Under the pieces are notes generated by a model. The model was given only the letters and a program-made list of their open reading frames with translations, was not told the origin of the DNA and searched no databases. A stretch of DNA of 64,000 nt from assembly GCA_963701095.1 (NCBI GenBank), contig OY969564.1:2176001-2240000 (forward strand), in the 5' to 3' direction. Source of the stretch: an uncultured Methanoregulaceae archaeon (GTDB lineage: Archaea > Halobacteriota > Methanomicrobia > Methanomicrobiales > Methanospirillaceae). A program made the position numbers and the translations under genes. Below are positions 13,681 through 23,932 of this stretch, one piece after another (position 1 is the stretch's first letter; every line of letters starts with the position of its first letter).

Positions 13681-15642
13681 TTATCCTCGTGCCTGTTTTG
13701 CATAGTGATTCCGGATCAGAATAGCGATAGCGTAAAAAGCTACGACCATTATCAGGAGGACAAGGGCTGTACCGTACTTGTTGGTCGATGAGCCCGGTAC
13801 GTTGGTCGACAGGATGAAGAGATGGTAGGGCAACGCCATCACGGGCTGGAAAAGCGATGTAGGTAAGAACCGGGTAGAGAATACGACTGCCACGAACATG
13901 ATCGGTGCAGTTTCTCCAGCAGCCCTCCCAATCGAGAGGATTGCACCGGTAACGATTCCTGGGACCGCAGGTGGAAGTACCACTTTGCGGATAGTCTGCC
14001 ACTGCGTCGCACCAAGTGCCAGGCTCCCTTCGCGGAGAGACTGAGGGACGTTTTTAAGTGCCTCTTCCGTGGTACGAATCACGGTAGGCAGAACCATCAA
14101 GGCAAGTGTAATCATGCCGGCAAGGAGGCTTACACCGATGTTTAGAAATATCACGAGGAATGCAAAGCCGAAGAGACCAAATACGATCGAAGGTGTCCCA
14201 TTGAGAAGGTCGACACCGGTCCGGATCAGTTTTGTAATCCGCCCTTCCCGGGTGTATTCGACCAGATAGATAGCCGCCCCGACACCCAGGGGGAGGGCAA
14301 TAGCAATCGCTCCTCCCACCAGGTATAGTGTCCCGACAATCGCCGGGAATATCCCGCCACTCCTGCCCAGATCAGTGGGTGGTTGGGTCAGGAATTGCCA
14401 TGACATTGCTGGTAACCCGTTTATAATAATGTAACCCAGAATTATTGCCAAAATGGCCAAAACAGCTATCGCAGCTGCAATAACACAGGCAAATGCTACC
14501 TTCTCTATATGGTGTCTTGATACCTGATTCCTGCCGTAGTGCCAAGCCGCTGCCGCAAAAATGATGATGAGCGCTACCTCCCAGAGTCCGATAACGAGGA
14601 AAAGAAGCGCGAAGAGCGCCAGGATGATTATTCGTGACCCGGAGTGGAGTTTATCCTTGATTAAATCAAGAGTGGGTGATTGAATCAGGGGTTTTTTCGC
14701 TCTGCTTCCCATCCTGCCTTCCTTAATGTACGACAGAATGGCAACTGCGCTCATGTTGATAATGAGCGTAATGATAAGAAGTACTAAGGCCACACCAAAC
14801 AATGCATGGTAGTGCGTACTCCCGATCTCAACATCTCCCATCTCAATACCAAGGGTGCCGGTTAATGTTCGGACAGAAGAAAGCACATTCCAGATCGGGT
14901 TCGGGATGATGGCAGTATTCCCGGTTACCATCAGAACGGCCATGGTCTCGCCAATTGCTCTTCCAATACCAAGGATTATTGCCGCTGCAATCCCGGAAAG
15001 GGCAGCCGGAACAATAACACGAATTATCGTCTGCCATCTGGTTGCCCCTGTCGCAAGAGATCCTTCCTTGTATTCTCGAGGAACTGAACTGATGGCATCT
15101 TCGGAAACGCTAATGATCGTGGGAAGGGCCATAACCCCAAGGATAATCGACCCGGCAAGCCATGTCTGCCCGCTCGGGACGTTAAATGAGATACGGATGA
15201 AATTGCTTAGGACGATCAAGCCAAAGAAACCATAGACGACAGAAGGGATACCGGCAAGAAGCTCAGTTGCCGGCTTAAAAACGCTTTTTACCCGGGGTGA
15301 TGCAAGTTCAGAAATATAAATAGCACAGCCGATAGAAAGCGGAACAGCAAAAACCATGGCACCGAGAGTAACAAGAAGCGTACCTACGATGAGCGCGGAT
15401 ATCCCATACAACGGTACAACTTGGGCTGGTGCCCATGTAGGACCGAAGAGGAAATTAACCAAACCCACAGTTTCAAAGATTGAATAACCGTCCCGTAATA
15501 AGAAGAGCAGAATAAATGCAACAACGATGACTGCGAAAAATGCTGTGAAGAAAAATACAGATCTAATGACCTTTTCCCTGATGCGGGAAACCGTCGCGGT
15601 ACTTCCCGGGCTCTTTTGAGTATTGAATTCTGACAGGGTAAT
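13681..15642 (-). CDS. pstCA: fused PstC-PstA phosphate ABC permease; start probably upstream of the called GTG at 15468
   Basis: Two permease halves (LLAGIPSVVYG...RAIGET; LNGTPSIVFG...RAAGETAP). The frame stays open through a first TM helix to about 15678. Confidence 0.88.
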   Translation of the reverse strand: MTLSEFNTQKSPGSTATVSRIREKVIRSVFFFTAFFAVIVVAFILLFLLRDGYSIFETVGLVNFLFGPTWAPAQVVPLYGISALIVGTLLVTLGAMVFAVPLSIGCAIYISELASPRVKSVFKPATELLAGIPSVVYGFFGLIVLSNFIRISFNVPSGQTWLAGSIILGVMALPTIISVSEDAISSVPREYKEGSLATGATRWQTIIRVIVPAALSGIAAAIILGIGRAIGETMAVLMVTGNTAIIPNPIWNVLSSVRTLTGTLGIEMGDVEIGSTHYHALFGVALVLLIITLIINMSAVAILSYIKEGRMGSRAKKPLIQSPTLDLIKDKLHSGSRIIILALFALLFLVIGLWEVALIIIFAAAAWHYGRNQVSRHHIEKVAFACVIAAAIAVLAILAIILGYIIINGLPAMSWQFLTQPPTDLGRSGGIFPAIVGTLYLVGGAIAIALPLGVGAAIYLVEYTREGRITKLIRTGVDLLNGTPSIVFGLFGFAFLVIFLNIGVSLLAGMITLALMVLPTVIRTTEEALKNVPQSLREGSLALGATQWQTIRKVVLPPAVPGIVTGAILSIGRAAGETAPIMFVAVVFSTRFLPTSLFQPVMALPYHLFILSTNVPGSSTNKYGTALVLLIMVVAFYAIAILIRNHYAKQARG

Positions 15643-15700
15643 GATGCGTCGCCTCTTTTGGGGATAAAAAAAGTAAGTTTACAGATAATTCCCTGCCACT

Positions 15701-16624
15701 TCAGCTGTTCAGGGCAACATACCCCTGGGCCACGACAATCTGCTGGCCGGCCGGGCTGAGAAGGAAATTGATGTAATCAGCAGCAAGGCCGGTGGGTTGG
15801 CCGTTGGTGATCATGTAGAGGTCACGGTGGATGGGATAGGTCTTGTCCTTGACTGTTGCAACACTCGGGGCAATCAATGTGCCGTTTACATTAATCGGGA
15901 GTGCCTTCACTGTGTTATCGAGGTAACCAATGGAAATGTAGCCGATTGCATTGGGTGTCTGGGCGACTTCCTGGAGGACTGCACCGTTTGAGTTATCCTC
16001 ATGCATGGACATGGAATCGTTTGTGCTCTTCATCACGAACTGATCAAAGTAGGTACGGGTACCGGAGGAACTGTCACGACCAACGAGAACGATCTGATTG
16101 TTTGAGTTTGCAACTCCTGCCCCGGCTACGGATGACCACGAGGTGATGCTCCCGTTGTAGATCGCCTTGACCTGGTCAAGGGTTATCGACGGGATCGAGT
16201 TTTTGGGGTTGACAATGATTGCAATACCATCGTGGGCAATTGTGATGATGTTCATGTTGCTGTCCTGCGCCAGCTGGGCGGGGGAGACAACAGCCGAACT
16301 CATGCCGATATCCACTTTATTATTAATAATAGCCTGGATACCTACACCTGATCCTCCGCCGGAAACCTGAATGTTTGCATTAGGGTGTGTCGCTGAGAAA
16401 TTGTCTGCAACAGCCTGTGCGATAGGGAGAACTGTGGTCGAACCGGTCAGGGTCAGAGTTTCGCTCTGGGTTGTTGCTGCTGGTGCACTGCCAGCTGGTG
16501 TGGTTGCTGTAGCAGTAGAGGTTGTTGCACTGTTACTGGTGCAACCAGCAACAAGAATCGTTACAATAAGCAATGCCGCAAGGCATGCAGTCAGGAATAC
16601 GTACGAACTCCGTTGGGATTTCAT
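15701..16624 (-). CDS. pstS: phosphate ABC transporter substrate-binding lipoprotein
   Basis: Lipobox VAGC, GSTTVLP, GGGSGVG, GRDSSSGT, YPIHR. Confidence 0.95.
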   Translation of the reverse strand: MKSQRSSYVFLTACLAALLIVTILVAGCTSNSATTSTATATTPAGSAPAATTQSETLTLTGSTTVLPIAQAVADNFSATHPNANIQVSGGGSGVGIQAIINNKVDIGMSSAVVSPAQLAQDSNMNIITIAHDGIAIIVNPKNSIPSITLDQVKAIYNGSITSWSSVAGAGVANSNNQIVLVGRDSSSGTRTYFDQFVMKSTNDSMSMHEDNSNGAVLQEVAQTPNAIGYISIGYLDNTVKALPINVNGTLIAPSVATVKDKTYPIHRDLYMITNGQPTGLAADYINFLLSPAGQQIVVAQGYVALNS

Positions 16625-16721
16625 GATGTTCGATCATGAATTTATTACCGAGTTCATATACAGTTTTTCGACATAAAATATGTTGATATATATTCAAAAA
16701 AGTCACTAATAGAGATTAGTG
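16620..16721 (-). promoter_or_regulatory. pstS promoter region with three inverted repeats
   Basis: TTCATGAT-n5-ATCATGAA, ACATA-n3-TATGT, CACTAAT-n4-ATTAGTG, plus a TATA-like ATATATAT. Confidence 0.45.
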
Positions 16722-16821
16722 TATTCATCATATTGCTCTATTCCTTTTGAAAAATCAGGGTGGAGATATGTTATGCTTTTTTTGATTTGCCTAAAAAACT
16801 ATCAATTATTCGTAGTTATTT

Positions 16822-17769
16822 TCAGTCATTTTTTATTTGGCAGCTACAGGATGGATCACATTTATCGGACCCTTGCTCACAGGGTTCGATATGAATGGTC
16901 ACTTTTGCCCTTGGGTATTCAATGAGCAGATCTGATTCGAGATGATCGGCAAGATCATGGGAACGGGTAACTGAGATCTCTCCAGGTACAACTAGATGGA
17001 ACTCGATAAAAATATCCGGGCCTGATCGACGTGTACGAAAACCATGAAAACCGGCGTACTCGCTGGAATGCATGCAGATGATCTCTTTTATCCTCTCTTC
17101 ATCCTTTAAAGGGATGGAATGGTCGATGAGATCGGCAAATGATCGTTGCAGCATATTCGTGGCAGCACGCAGTATAACGATGCTGATACCGATTGCAATG
17201 ATAGGGTCGAGAATAGTAAGACCAGTAATATGAATCAGGATAAGTCCGGCGAAAACGCCAAACGATGTATAAATATCTGTCCTCAGGTGCAGTGCATCAC
17301 TCTCGAGAGCAATAGATCCTGTCTCTTTTGCCACTTTCATAAGACGTGATGAAACATACCAATTCGCAATCACTGAGATGCCCATCACTGCAATACCAAA
17401 AGAGAGCAATCCGGAGGGAAATTCCTGCTCGTGTCCCAACTTTATCAGTGCTTCGGCAATAATAATCAGAGCCGCACCAAATATGAGCAATGCCTCGATG
17501 AGACCGGATATATCCTCAAACTTTCCGTGCCCGAACGAATGACTTGCGTCAGGTGGCTCAGCGGATTTTTTAACTGAAAAAAAAGAGATGAGAGAGGCTA
17601 AAAGGTCAATGGATGTGTGGATAGCCTCAGAAATAATACTCACTGATCCAATCGCAAAACCGACACCGAATTTTAGGATTACAAGACAGGTGTTGGAAAT
17701 AATCGATAGTCGTGCAGTCTGCACCTTTTTTTGATCAGAGGTTTCTGCATGTCTGATGGATTGAGTCAT
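16822..17769 (-). CDS. cation diffusion facilitator (FieF-like) transporter
   Basis: SEAIHTSID, HSFGHGKFE, HLRTD and IHIEP motifs. Confidence 0.93.
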   Translation of the reverse strand: MTQSIRHAETSDQKKVQTARLSIISNTCLVILKFGVGFAIGSVSIISEAIHTSIDLLASLISFFSVKKSAEPPDASHSFGHGKFEDISGLIEALLIFGAALIIIAEALIKLGHEQEFPSGLLSFGIAVMGISVIANWYVSSRLMKVAKETGSIALESDALHLRTDIYTSFGVFAGLILIHITGLTILDPIIAIGISIVILRAATNMLQRSFADLIDHSIPLKDEERIKEIICMHSSEYAGFHGFRTRRSGPDIFIEFHLVVPGEISVTRSHDLADHLESDLLIEYPRAKVTIHIEPCEQGSDKCDPSCSCQIKND

Positions 17770-17832
17770 AGAGATTTTCTCTGAGGGTCCAAGAAATGGG
17801 GACTTAATGTGAAAACAACCTTCACTGGCTTT

Positions 17833-18213
17833 TTAATGTTTGTTTATTCCATAGACTTTTTCCGGGTCAAAAATTTTTTCCCCAATAATTGTGCCATCAA
17901 GAGTCCGGAAAAAGCAGCTACGGTATCCGGTATGGCAGGCAGCTCCAGTCTGCTCAACGTCGTAGATAAGGCAATCCTCGTCACAATCGACAAGAATCCT
18001 CTCCACCTTCTGGAAATGTCCGCTTTCTTCCCCCTTCTTCCAGATCTTTTTACGGCTCCGGCTATAATAATGGGCAAAACCGGTATCTATCGTGAGTTTG
18101 ACTGCCTCTTCATTTGCATAAGCCATCATAAGGACTTCGAGGGTTTTTCTATCCCGAACAATTACCGGGATTAGTCCACCATCGAGGAATTTCAGAGAGA
18201 GCAAATTACGCAC
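17833..18213 (-). CDS. hisI: phosphoribosyl-AMP cyclohydrolase
   Basis: [30 protein letters not shown]. Confidence 0.96.
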   Translation of the reverse strand: MRNLLSLKFLDGGLIPVIVRDRKTLEVLMMAYANEEAVKLTIDTGFAHYYSRSRKKIWKKGEESGHFQKVERILVDCDEDCLIYDVEQTGAACHTGYRSCFFRTLDGTIIGEKIFDPEKVYGINKH

Positions 18214-19399
18214 CTCCGGTAAATAATTTTATGATTGAGAAAAGGAAATCCCCAAAAACAATTGCTGAAATAAACCCGGCGGTAATTGGAAGAATGAACG
18301 GAACAGCATAGGAAATCCACACGTTCCCTGCTTTTTTGTAGATTTCCAGTTCTTTTTGAAATTCTTCAGGATGTTCCCGGAGATCTTTTGTATAAACACG
18401 ACCTTCATCGGAACGCATCCTGCGCAAAGAATCCCAAAATCCAATGAATTTCCGTTCGACATTGGTACCTCTCTCAACAAAGTCTTCCATAACAAATCCC
18501 CATGAATCCTGAATTTTCCCTCCATTGACCGGGAAGCCAAAGAACATATACTGGAGAGGGGCGCGGTTCTTTTTTATAATATTTATGAAAAAAATGCCAA
18601 CCGGTGCTACAAGATTGAGGATGAGAGCGTTGATTAACACAGAAAACGAGAGAAATCCCAGAGGTGGCGTGTTTAAAAGTGGTGCAAACGGAAATGTCGG
18701 AATACAGAAGGTAATAAAGATGAGTGCCCACGCGTCAGCACCCCCGAAAAGACGCATCTGTCCAAATATATAGAATACGCCACAAAAAACTGCAGCAAGG
18801 GCAATGTAGATACCGGGATCCGCCCAAGTCCCATCCCCAATCATATAGAACGATGCAATGACGAGGATAATGATTACAAGAATGAAATACCAGCGGCTCA
18901 GTACTTCTTCGACATTTGAATCCCGCTTAACTTCTTTTCTTACTTGTTTTGCCTTGAGTTTGCGCTCGGGTTGTCTTTTGTATTCTCTGTATGAGACATA
19001 CCCTATCAGGCCGACAAGCATCACATACCAGGGAATAAGCTGTGTGTCAGGAAATTTTCCTGTAGATATTGCTGGAATTATGAACCAGGAGAGCGCTGGA
19101 AGAACAAGGACACCTGCTAGGTACGGAAGCCGGAACGGTGTTCCAGGTTCATGGTTGTCCAGGTAGTCCGCGTACAGGAAACTGGATACCAGTGCGAGAT
19201 AGCCAACGATCAGGCTGATGTTTGCGGTTTGCTGGTAGAAGAGGACGATAGTTGCGGAAATCCCGACGATGAGCATGGGGTACCATGTTCTGAAAGGAAC
19301 ACGCCGGTCCTTAATATCCAGATACGATGCGTAGATTAGGGTAACAAGGACGGCAACGGCCGAGACCACCATCGGATAAAATATCATATGTAGATCCAC
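18206..19399 (-). CDS. A24-family class III signal (prepilin/prearchaellin) peptidase, FlaK/PibD-like
   Basis: Catalytic Asp motifs [10 protein letters not shown] and FGGAD; C-terminal [16 protein letters not shown]. Confidence 0.88.
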   Translation of the reverse strand: MDLHMIFYPMVVSAVAVLVTLIYASYLDIKDRRVPFRTWYPMLIVGISATIVLFYQQTANISLIVGYLALVSSFLYADYLDNHEPGTPFRLPYLAGVLVLPALSWFIIPAISTGKFPDTQLIPWYVMLVGLIGYVSYREYKRQPERKLKAKQVRKEVKRDSNVEEVLSRWYFILVIIILVIASFYMIGDGTWADPGIYIALAAVFCGVFYIFGQMRLFGGADAWALIFITFCIPTFPFAPLLNTPPLGFLSFSVLINALILNLVAPVGIFFINIIKKNRAPLQYMFFGFPVNGGKIQDSWGFVMEDFVERGTNVERKFIGFWDSLRRMRSDEGRVYTKDLREHPEEFQKELEIYKKAGNVWISYAVPFILPITAGFISAIVFGDFLFSIIKLFTGGA

Positions 19400-19643
19400 C
19401 GTTAGATCTTCTACAACTTATGCGTGACGATGACAATTTTTACCGGCATTCTTTTGTGGGGTCTGGAAGTCTTATCTGTAAAAGAAACCAATTAATAATT
19501 ACCAGTGACTCGTTTTCTGCGTGAAAACACCCTTGCAAATATATAATACACCCGTTGTGAATATATGATTGAAGACAATTCAGAATAATTTTGGGGGGAA
19601 TTCCCATATTTCTGCCCCGGATTGTGTCAAAGAGGATAATTGT

Positions 19644-20255
19644 ATGGATCTGCAGGAAATACTCGAAAATATCCTGAAAGGATCAAAATATCTGGGCACA
19701 TATTCCTTGGCCGAAATGCTTACATTAGCTGCCACCCGGCGCATGAGTGCACTGGCAGTAGCAAAAGAAGGAAATTGTCAATATTACCTTGCACTTCTTA
19801 ATGGTGAACCTGAAGGGGCGCTTTATGTTGATAACGAAGGATCGCTTTTTGGTGATAATGCAGTCATCCATATTCGCGAAGGCAGACAGTATGTCCTCTG
19901 TGATGTAAAACCTGAGATTATCGATGCACTAGTCATGGGGTGCCGGATTTTTGAAAAGGGACATCTCCGGAAAAATATTACCTATTCTGTACCGGAAATT
20001 GGGAAAAAAAGTAAGGGGCTTGGGGTTGTCACTCTTACAGCTCGCCGTGATAAAGTGCCACAAAACGGCGTGCGAGTATCCATTAGGAAAGATGGCAAGA
20101 TAGTAGGAAGTGACGTAACTACGGGAAAAGGGGAGGTTAGCTTCCGGGTAATGTATGGGGACTACACCTGCCTTGTCCAAGACAGAAAACAGGTTGTGAC
20201 GCATTTTACCATTTCATTTGATGAATCTCATGTCAACCATTTTCTCGATCTTTAA
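19644..20255 (+). CDS. DUF2226/PATAN-like N-domain plus a beta-sandwich (carboxypeptidase-regulatory-like) C-domain
   Basis: NGEPEGALY...LFGDNA pattern; C-terminal VTTGKGEVSF..YGDY. Confidence 0.5.
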   Translation: MDLQEILENILKGSKYLGTYSLAEMLTLAATRRMSALAVAKEGNCQYYLALLNGEPEGALYVDNEGSLFGDNAVIHIREGRQYVLCDVKPEIIDALVMGCRIFEKGHLRKNITYSVPEIGKKSKGLGVVTLTARRDKVPQNGVRVSIRKDGKIVGSDVTTGKGEVSFRVMYGDYTCLVQDRKQVVTHFTISFDESHVNHFLDL

Positions 20256-20347
20256 TGCTTAAAAAAACGCGTATTTTATATTTAGAGTCGTATTTCGTTT
20301 CACGAACGGGATGAAATCATTTAATTATTTTCTGACCGAGTAATTTT

Positions 20348-21457
20348 ATGAAGATTGAAAAGGAAGATTTTGTCGCGTTGATCAAGGGAGAAAAAGATAT
20401 AAAATCCTATATTGAGCTTGATACTTTCGCAGGAACCTACTCTGTTTTTGGTGTGAGGACAGCGAGTAACCCCAATTATCTCATCAAGGCAATCTATGAG
20501 ATGAATGAGGCCCATTTGAACAGGAAGCTTGCAGTAAAAGCTGTACGCAAATTATTTCGCTCGGTCGGTCTTGGCTCTGTTGGCCTTTTTAATCTGTTAA
20601 AAAAATTCGATATGGACCTTTCTCCTGCAGAATTCCTTCTCCTGGTCTTCAAACTCCAACATCAACAGGGTTGGGGTGCACCTTTCGAACTTATCGAACA
20701 GAGTGAGAAAAGAATTGTTTTACGCACAAAACACACCTTCGAATCGGAGATTCTTAAAGACTGGAAAATGCCCGTCTGCGGTGTCCATATGGGTTGGATT
20801 GAAGGTGTGCTTATGGCTGTGACCGGCAAGACCTGGTACTGCCTTGAAAGAAGATGTGTGGCAAACGGTGACAATTGTTGTGAATTTGTGGCGGATCAGG
20901 TAGAACCCAGCTGGAAATTCAAAGCCCAGGCAGTAGTAAAAGGTGATTCTGCAATTACCGAATTCATCGAACACAAACCCGTGAAGGGGACAATCAAGTT
21001 GATCGATGATCCAGTAGTTATAATGCCAAGATTTGTTTTTTCATCCATGATGAATTCGCTAAAAAAGACTATGGGAGAGTTGCCAGCAGGAGGTGTGAAC
21101 TATAGGGCGTATATGGATATGGGTAAAGAAAATATTGAACACTACAAAAAAATGGGTATCACTGAGCCTAAAACACTCTCCGATATGGCTTTCACCTTTT
21201 ATTCCCAGATGGGCTGGTTCCGCCTTGTTAAAGATGAATGGAACGAAGGAAAGAAGGAAAAGACAATTACCCTCGATAATACGGTGGAATCCGAGGCATT
21301 TGGGAATACAGGAAAGAACGTCTGCTATTGTACTGCAGGTCTTCTTGCCGGGATAATAGAGGGGTCTTTTGGTATCAAGGTTCAGGCCCGTGAAATTAAA
21401 TGCCATTCGAAAGGAGACGAGTTTTGTGTCTTTACAATAACCAATAAGGCTGAGTAA
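20348..21457 (+). CDS. tandem V4R-domain protein
   Basis: Two GWG/GWF...C...G...E..C...G...C.F units (PVCGVHMGWIEG..ERRCVANGDNCCEF; VCYCTAGLLAG..EIKCHSKGDEFCVF). Confidence 0.85.
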   Translation: MKIEKEDFVALIKGEKDIKSYIELDTFAGTYSVFGVRTASNPNYLIKAIYEMNEAHLNRKLAVKAVRKLFRSVGLGSVGLFNLLKKFDMDLSPAEFLLLVFKLQHQQGWGAPFELIEQSEKRIVLRTKHTFESEILKDWKMPVCGVHMGWIEGVLMAVTGKTWYCLERRCVANGDNCCEFVADQVEPSWKFKAQAVVKGDSAITEFIEHKPVKGTIKLIDDPVVIMPRFVFSSMMNSLKKTMGELPAGGVNYRAYMDMGKENIEHYKKMGITEPKTLSDMAFTFYSQMGWFRLVKDEWNEGKKEKTITLDNTVESEAFGNTGKNVCYCTAGLLAGIIEGSFGIKVQAREIKCHSKGDEFCVFTITNKAE

Positions 21458-21632
21458 AAATTTGGAGAGTTAAATCACTCCAGACCTCCATATTTTGTTA
21501 AAATTCTTCACAGTTTCCCTTGTGATTACGCATGTCTCCTCCTCAAAAGTTTAAATTTTCATGACTTTTTTTAAATTATGAAATCTATATTTAAATACTC
21601 TTGTCTCGTAAAGATAACCGGAAACATACCCA

Positions 21633-22433
21633 GTGAATGCTATGGTTTCGCCCATCCAGATTCTGATCGTGGAAGATGATGAGATAATCTCCAACCTCAT
21701 TGGAGTTATTCTTGAAAAAAAAGGGTATGCAGTTGCCGGCAAAGTTGCTACCGGCGAAGAGGGAATTATGAAGGCGGCAGAATGCATGCCGGATCTTGTT
21801 CTTATGGATATAAATCTTGCAGGCACATTTGATGGTATTACCGCAGCACAATACATTTATTCCATTTTTCGCATCCCGGTGATCTTTCTAACCGGTCAGT
21901 GCGATGATGCTACGCTTAACCGGGCAAAAGCATCTGAACCATACGGGTTCCTTCTTAAGCCTTTCACTTCAAATGAGATTGTGTCTAATATTGAAATCGC
22001 CTTATATAATCACAATATACGAAAAAGATATTTCGATAAAGCCTCGATCTGGGATATGAAAAAGATCATGGCTGCGCTCGAGTCCGTGATCATAATTGAT
22101 ATCAAAGGCCGAATCATTTTTCTTAACCCCTATTCATGCAGGTTGCTGGATGTTATGGAGAAGGATGCGCTGGCGAAACCTCTGAGAAAAGTCCTTATCC
22201 TTGTAAACAAGCAGACTGGCGAACGGATAAATGATCCCGCGCTTGACGTGCTTAAAGATAAGATTGTCGTAAGTTATGATCTTAATACAGTTCTCGTTTC
22301 CCTTTCAAACAAAAAACGTTTGGTGGCAGTCACAGCACGCCCGGTAAAAGATGACAAAAACGAAATGATAGGTGTATCAGTCCAGATTCGTGAAAAGACA
22401 CTTACTGAAATTAAAATGTCAGAAAAGATCTGA
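21633..22433 (+). CDS. response regulator, REC-PAS
   Basis: IVEDD, DLVLMD, FLT, KPF; C-terminal PAS (IIIDIKGRIIFLNP). Confidence 0.9.
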   Translation: MNAMVSPIQILIVEDDEIISNLIGVILEKKGYAVAGKVATGEEGIMKAAECMPDLVLMDINLAGTFDGITAAQYIYSIFRIPVIFLTGQCDDATLNRAKASEPYGFLLKPFTSNEIVSNIEIALYNHNIRKRYFDKASIWDMKKIMAALESVIIIDIKGRIIFLNPYSCRLLDVMEKDALAKPLRKVLILVNKQTGERINDPALDVLKDKIVVSYDLNTVLVSLSNKKRLVAVTARPVKDDKNEMIGVSVQIREKTLTEIKMSEKI

Positions 22434-22462
22434 ACCGGATTTCAAACGAATCAAAAGCGTGA

Positions 22463-23263
22463 TTATTTTATATCAGATTTCTTTTTGAAAAGAGCCTTTG
22501 AGAACCTTTCGATAAAGCCGTCTCTTTGCACTTTGGCCGGAATCTCCTCCGTATATGCCACTCCTATGAGTTGTGAAGCAATCCGTTGAATCGCTTTTGA
22601 CGCAGGTGAGTCCGGATAGGAGACAACGATCGGTGATCGCGCCGCCGCAGCCCTCCGTACATTGGAATCCTCAGGAATAATTCCGAGCACTTTCACTCCA
22701 AGAACTTTTTCCATTTTCTTTGAAATGACATCACTTTTATCCTGGTCAACACGGTTAATAATTGAACCAAGGACGTGTCCTCCGACAACCTCTGTAAGGA
22801 TTTTTGTCTTAAGGGCGTCTACAATTGAGGATAGTTCGGGGTTAACTACGAGAATTACTTCATCGGCTACAGCAAGAGGAACTACACCATCTTTGCTTAT
22901 GCCGGCTGGAGCATCAATCAAGAGAAACTCGCATCTTTTTACAATTTCGGAAAGAACGTCCCGGATCTTATCTGGATCTGCTTGCTGGAAACCCTGAAGC
23001 GAGATACCGCTTGGTATCACTTTAAGCCCCGCAGGACCCTGGTAGATTCCTTCATCGATATTGTTCTTCCCGGCAAGGATTTCATGAAGGGTGACCGGAG
23101 CGTCCTGAAGACCCAGTATCAGTCCGACGTTTGCCATGCCGATATCGGCATCCATGAGGTAGGTCTCTTTCCCCAATTTTGCAAGCATCGTTCCCAGATT
23201 AACTGAAACGGTTGTTTTACCTGTGCCACCCTTCCCGGATGCAATCGTATATACTTTAACCAT
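22463..23263 (-). CDS. minD: MinD-family ATPase
   Basis: Deviant Walker A ASGKGGTGKT, DADIGMAN, DAPAG; C-terminal amphipathic GFIERFSKALF. Confidence 0.92.
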   Translation of the reverse strand: MVKVYTIASGKGGTGKTTVSVNLGTMLAKLGKETYLMDADIGMANVGLILGLQDAPVTLHEILAGKNNIDEGIYQGPAGLKVIPSGISLQGFQQADPDKIRDVLSEIVKRCEFLLIDAPAGISKDGVVPLAVADEVILVVNPELSSIVDALKTKILTEVVGGHVLGSIINRVDQDKSDVISKKMEKVLGVKVLGIIPEDSNVRRAAAARSPIVVSYPDSPASKAIQRIASQLIGVAYTEEIPAKVQRDGFIERFSKALFKKKSDIK

Positions 23264-23347
23264 TAAGCACCTGTTGTTATCCCGATAATTATCCTTGCAC
23301 AAATATGTGTATGATGAAATATTTTATCTAATGTGTTTCATATCGTT

Positions 23348-23917
23348 TTATATCCACCAGTTTAAAATATCTTTTGTCTCGCACACAAAATCCCGATCTG
23401 GCTCCTGAGCAAGCAGATCTTTCGTTTTTGCAATTCCAACTAATAAAGATCCCTTATGCTCTATACTGAACAGTATAATACCCGGGGGCCAAGGCCGCAT
23501 GTTCTCGGCATACATTTCCGCATATCTGGCGACTGCATCGGTAGAAGGTTTTTTTTGGGAAGAAGCCAGCAACAGACCATCGGAAGTGGCAAGAGTGATC
23601 TCTTCGAGGGCATATTTTGCAGCAAGAGTTTCAAGACTCTCTGAGAGATTGGTCTTTCCTTCAAGGCAGTCCATCTCTTTTATTTTGGATGTAGGACCGA
23701 AAGTCAAATCCGACTCGGAGGAATTACTTTCAATATATGCCGGGATCTTTCGTACACGAAAGGGTATTTTCGAGGGATCCAAATTTATATCACTCGGAAA
23801 TTCTTTAGTTCGCTGACGATTTTTTATTATCAAAATTAAGATCGCAGCACAGACGAGGATAGCAACAACTATTCCAACGAATAAGATGACGTTGTCAATA
23901 CCAAACATACCAGACAT
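23348..23917 (-). CDS. membrane-anchored protein with a degenerate Roadblock-like C-domain
   Basis: N-terminal TM helix; ITLATSDGLLLASS resembles the Roadblock hairpin. Confidence 0.55.
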   Translation of the reverse strand: MSGMFGIDNVILFVGIVVAILVCAAILILIIKNRQRTKEFPSDINLDPSKIPFRVRKIPAYIESNSSESDLTFGPTSKIKEMDCLEGKTNLSESLETLAAKYALEEITLATSDGLLLASSQKKPSTDAVARYAEMYAENMRPWPPGIILFSIEHKGSLLVGIAKTKDLLAQEPDRDFVCETKDILNWWI

Positions 23918-23932
23918 ACGGTTACCCTTAGA

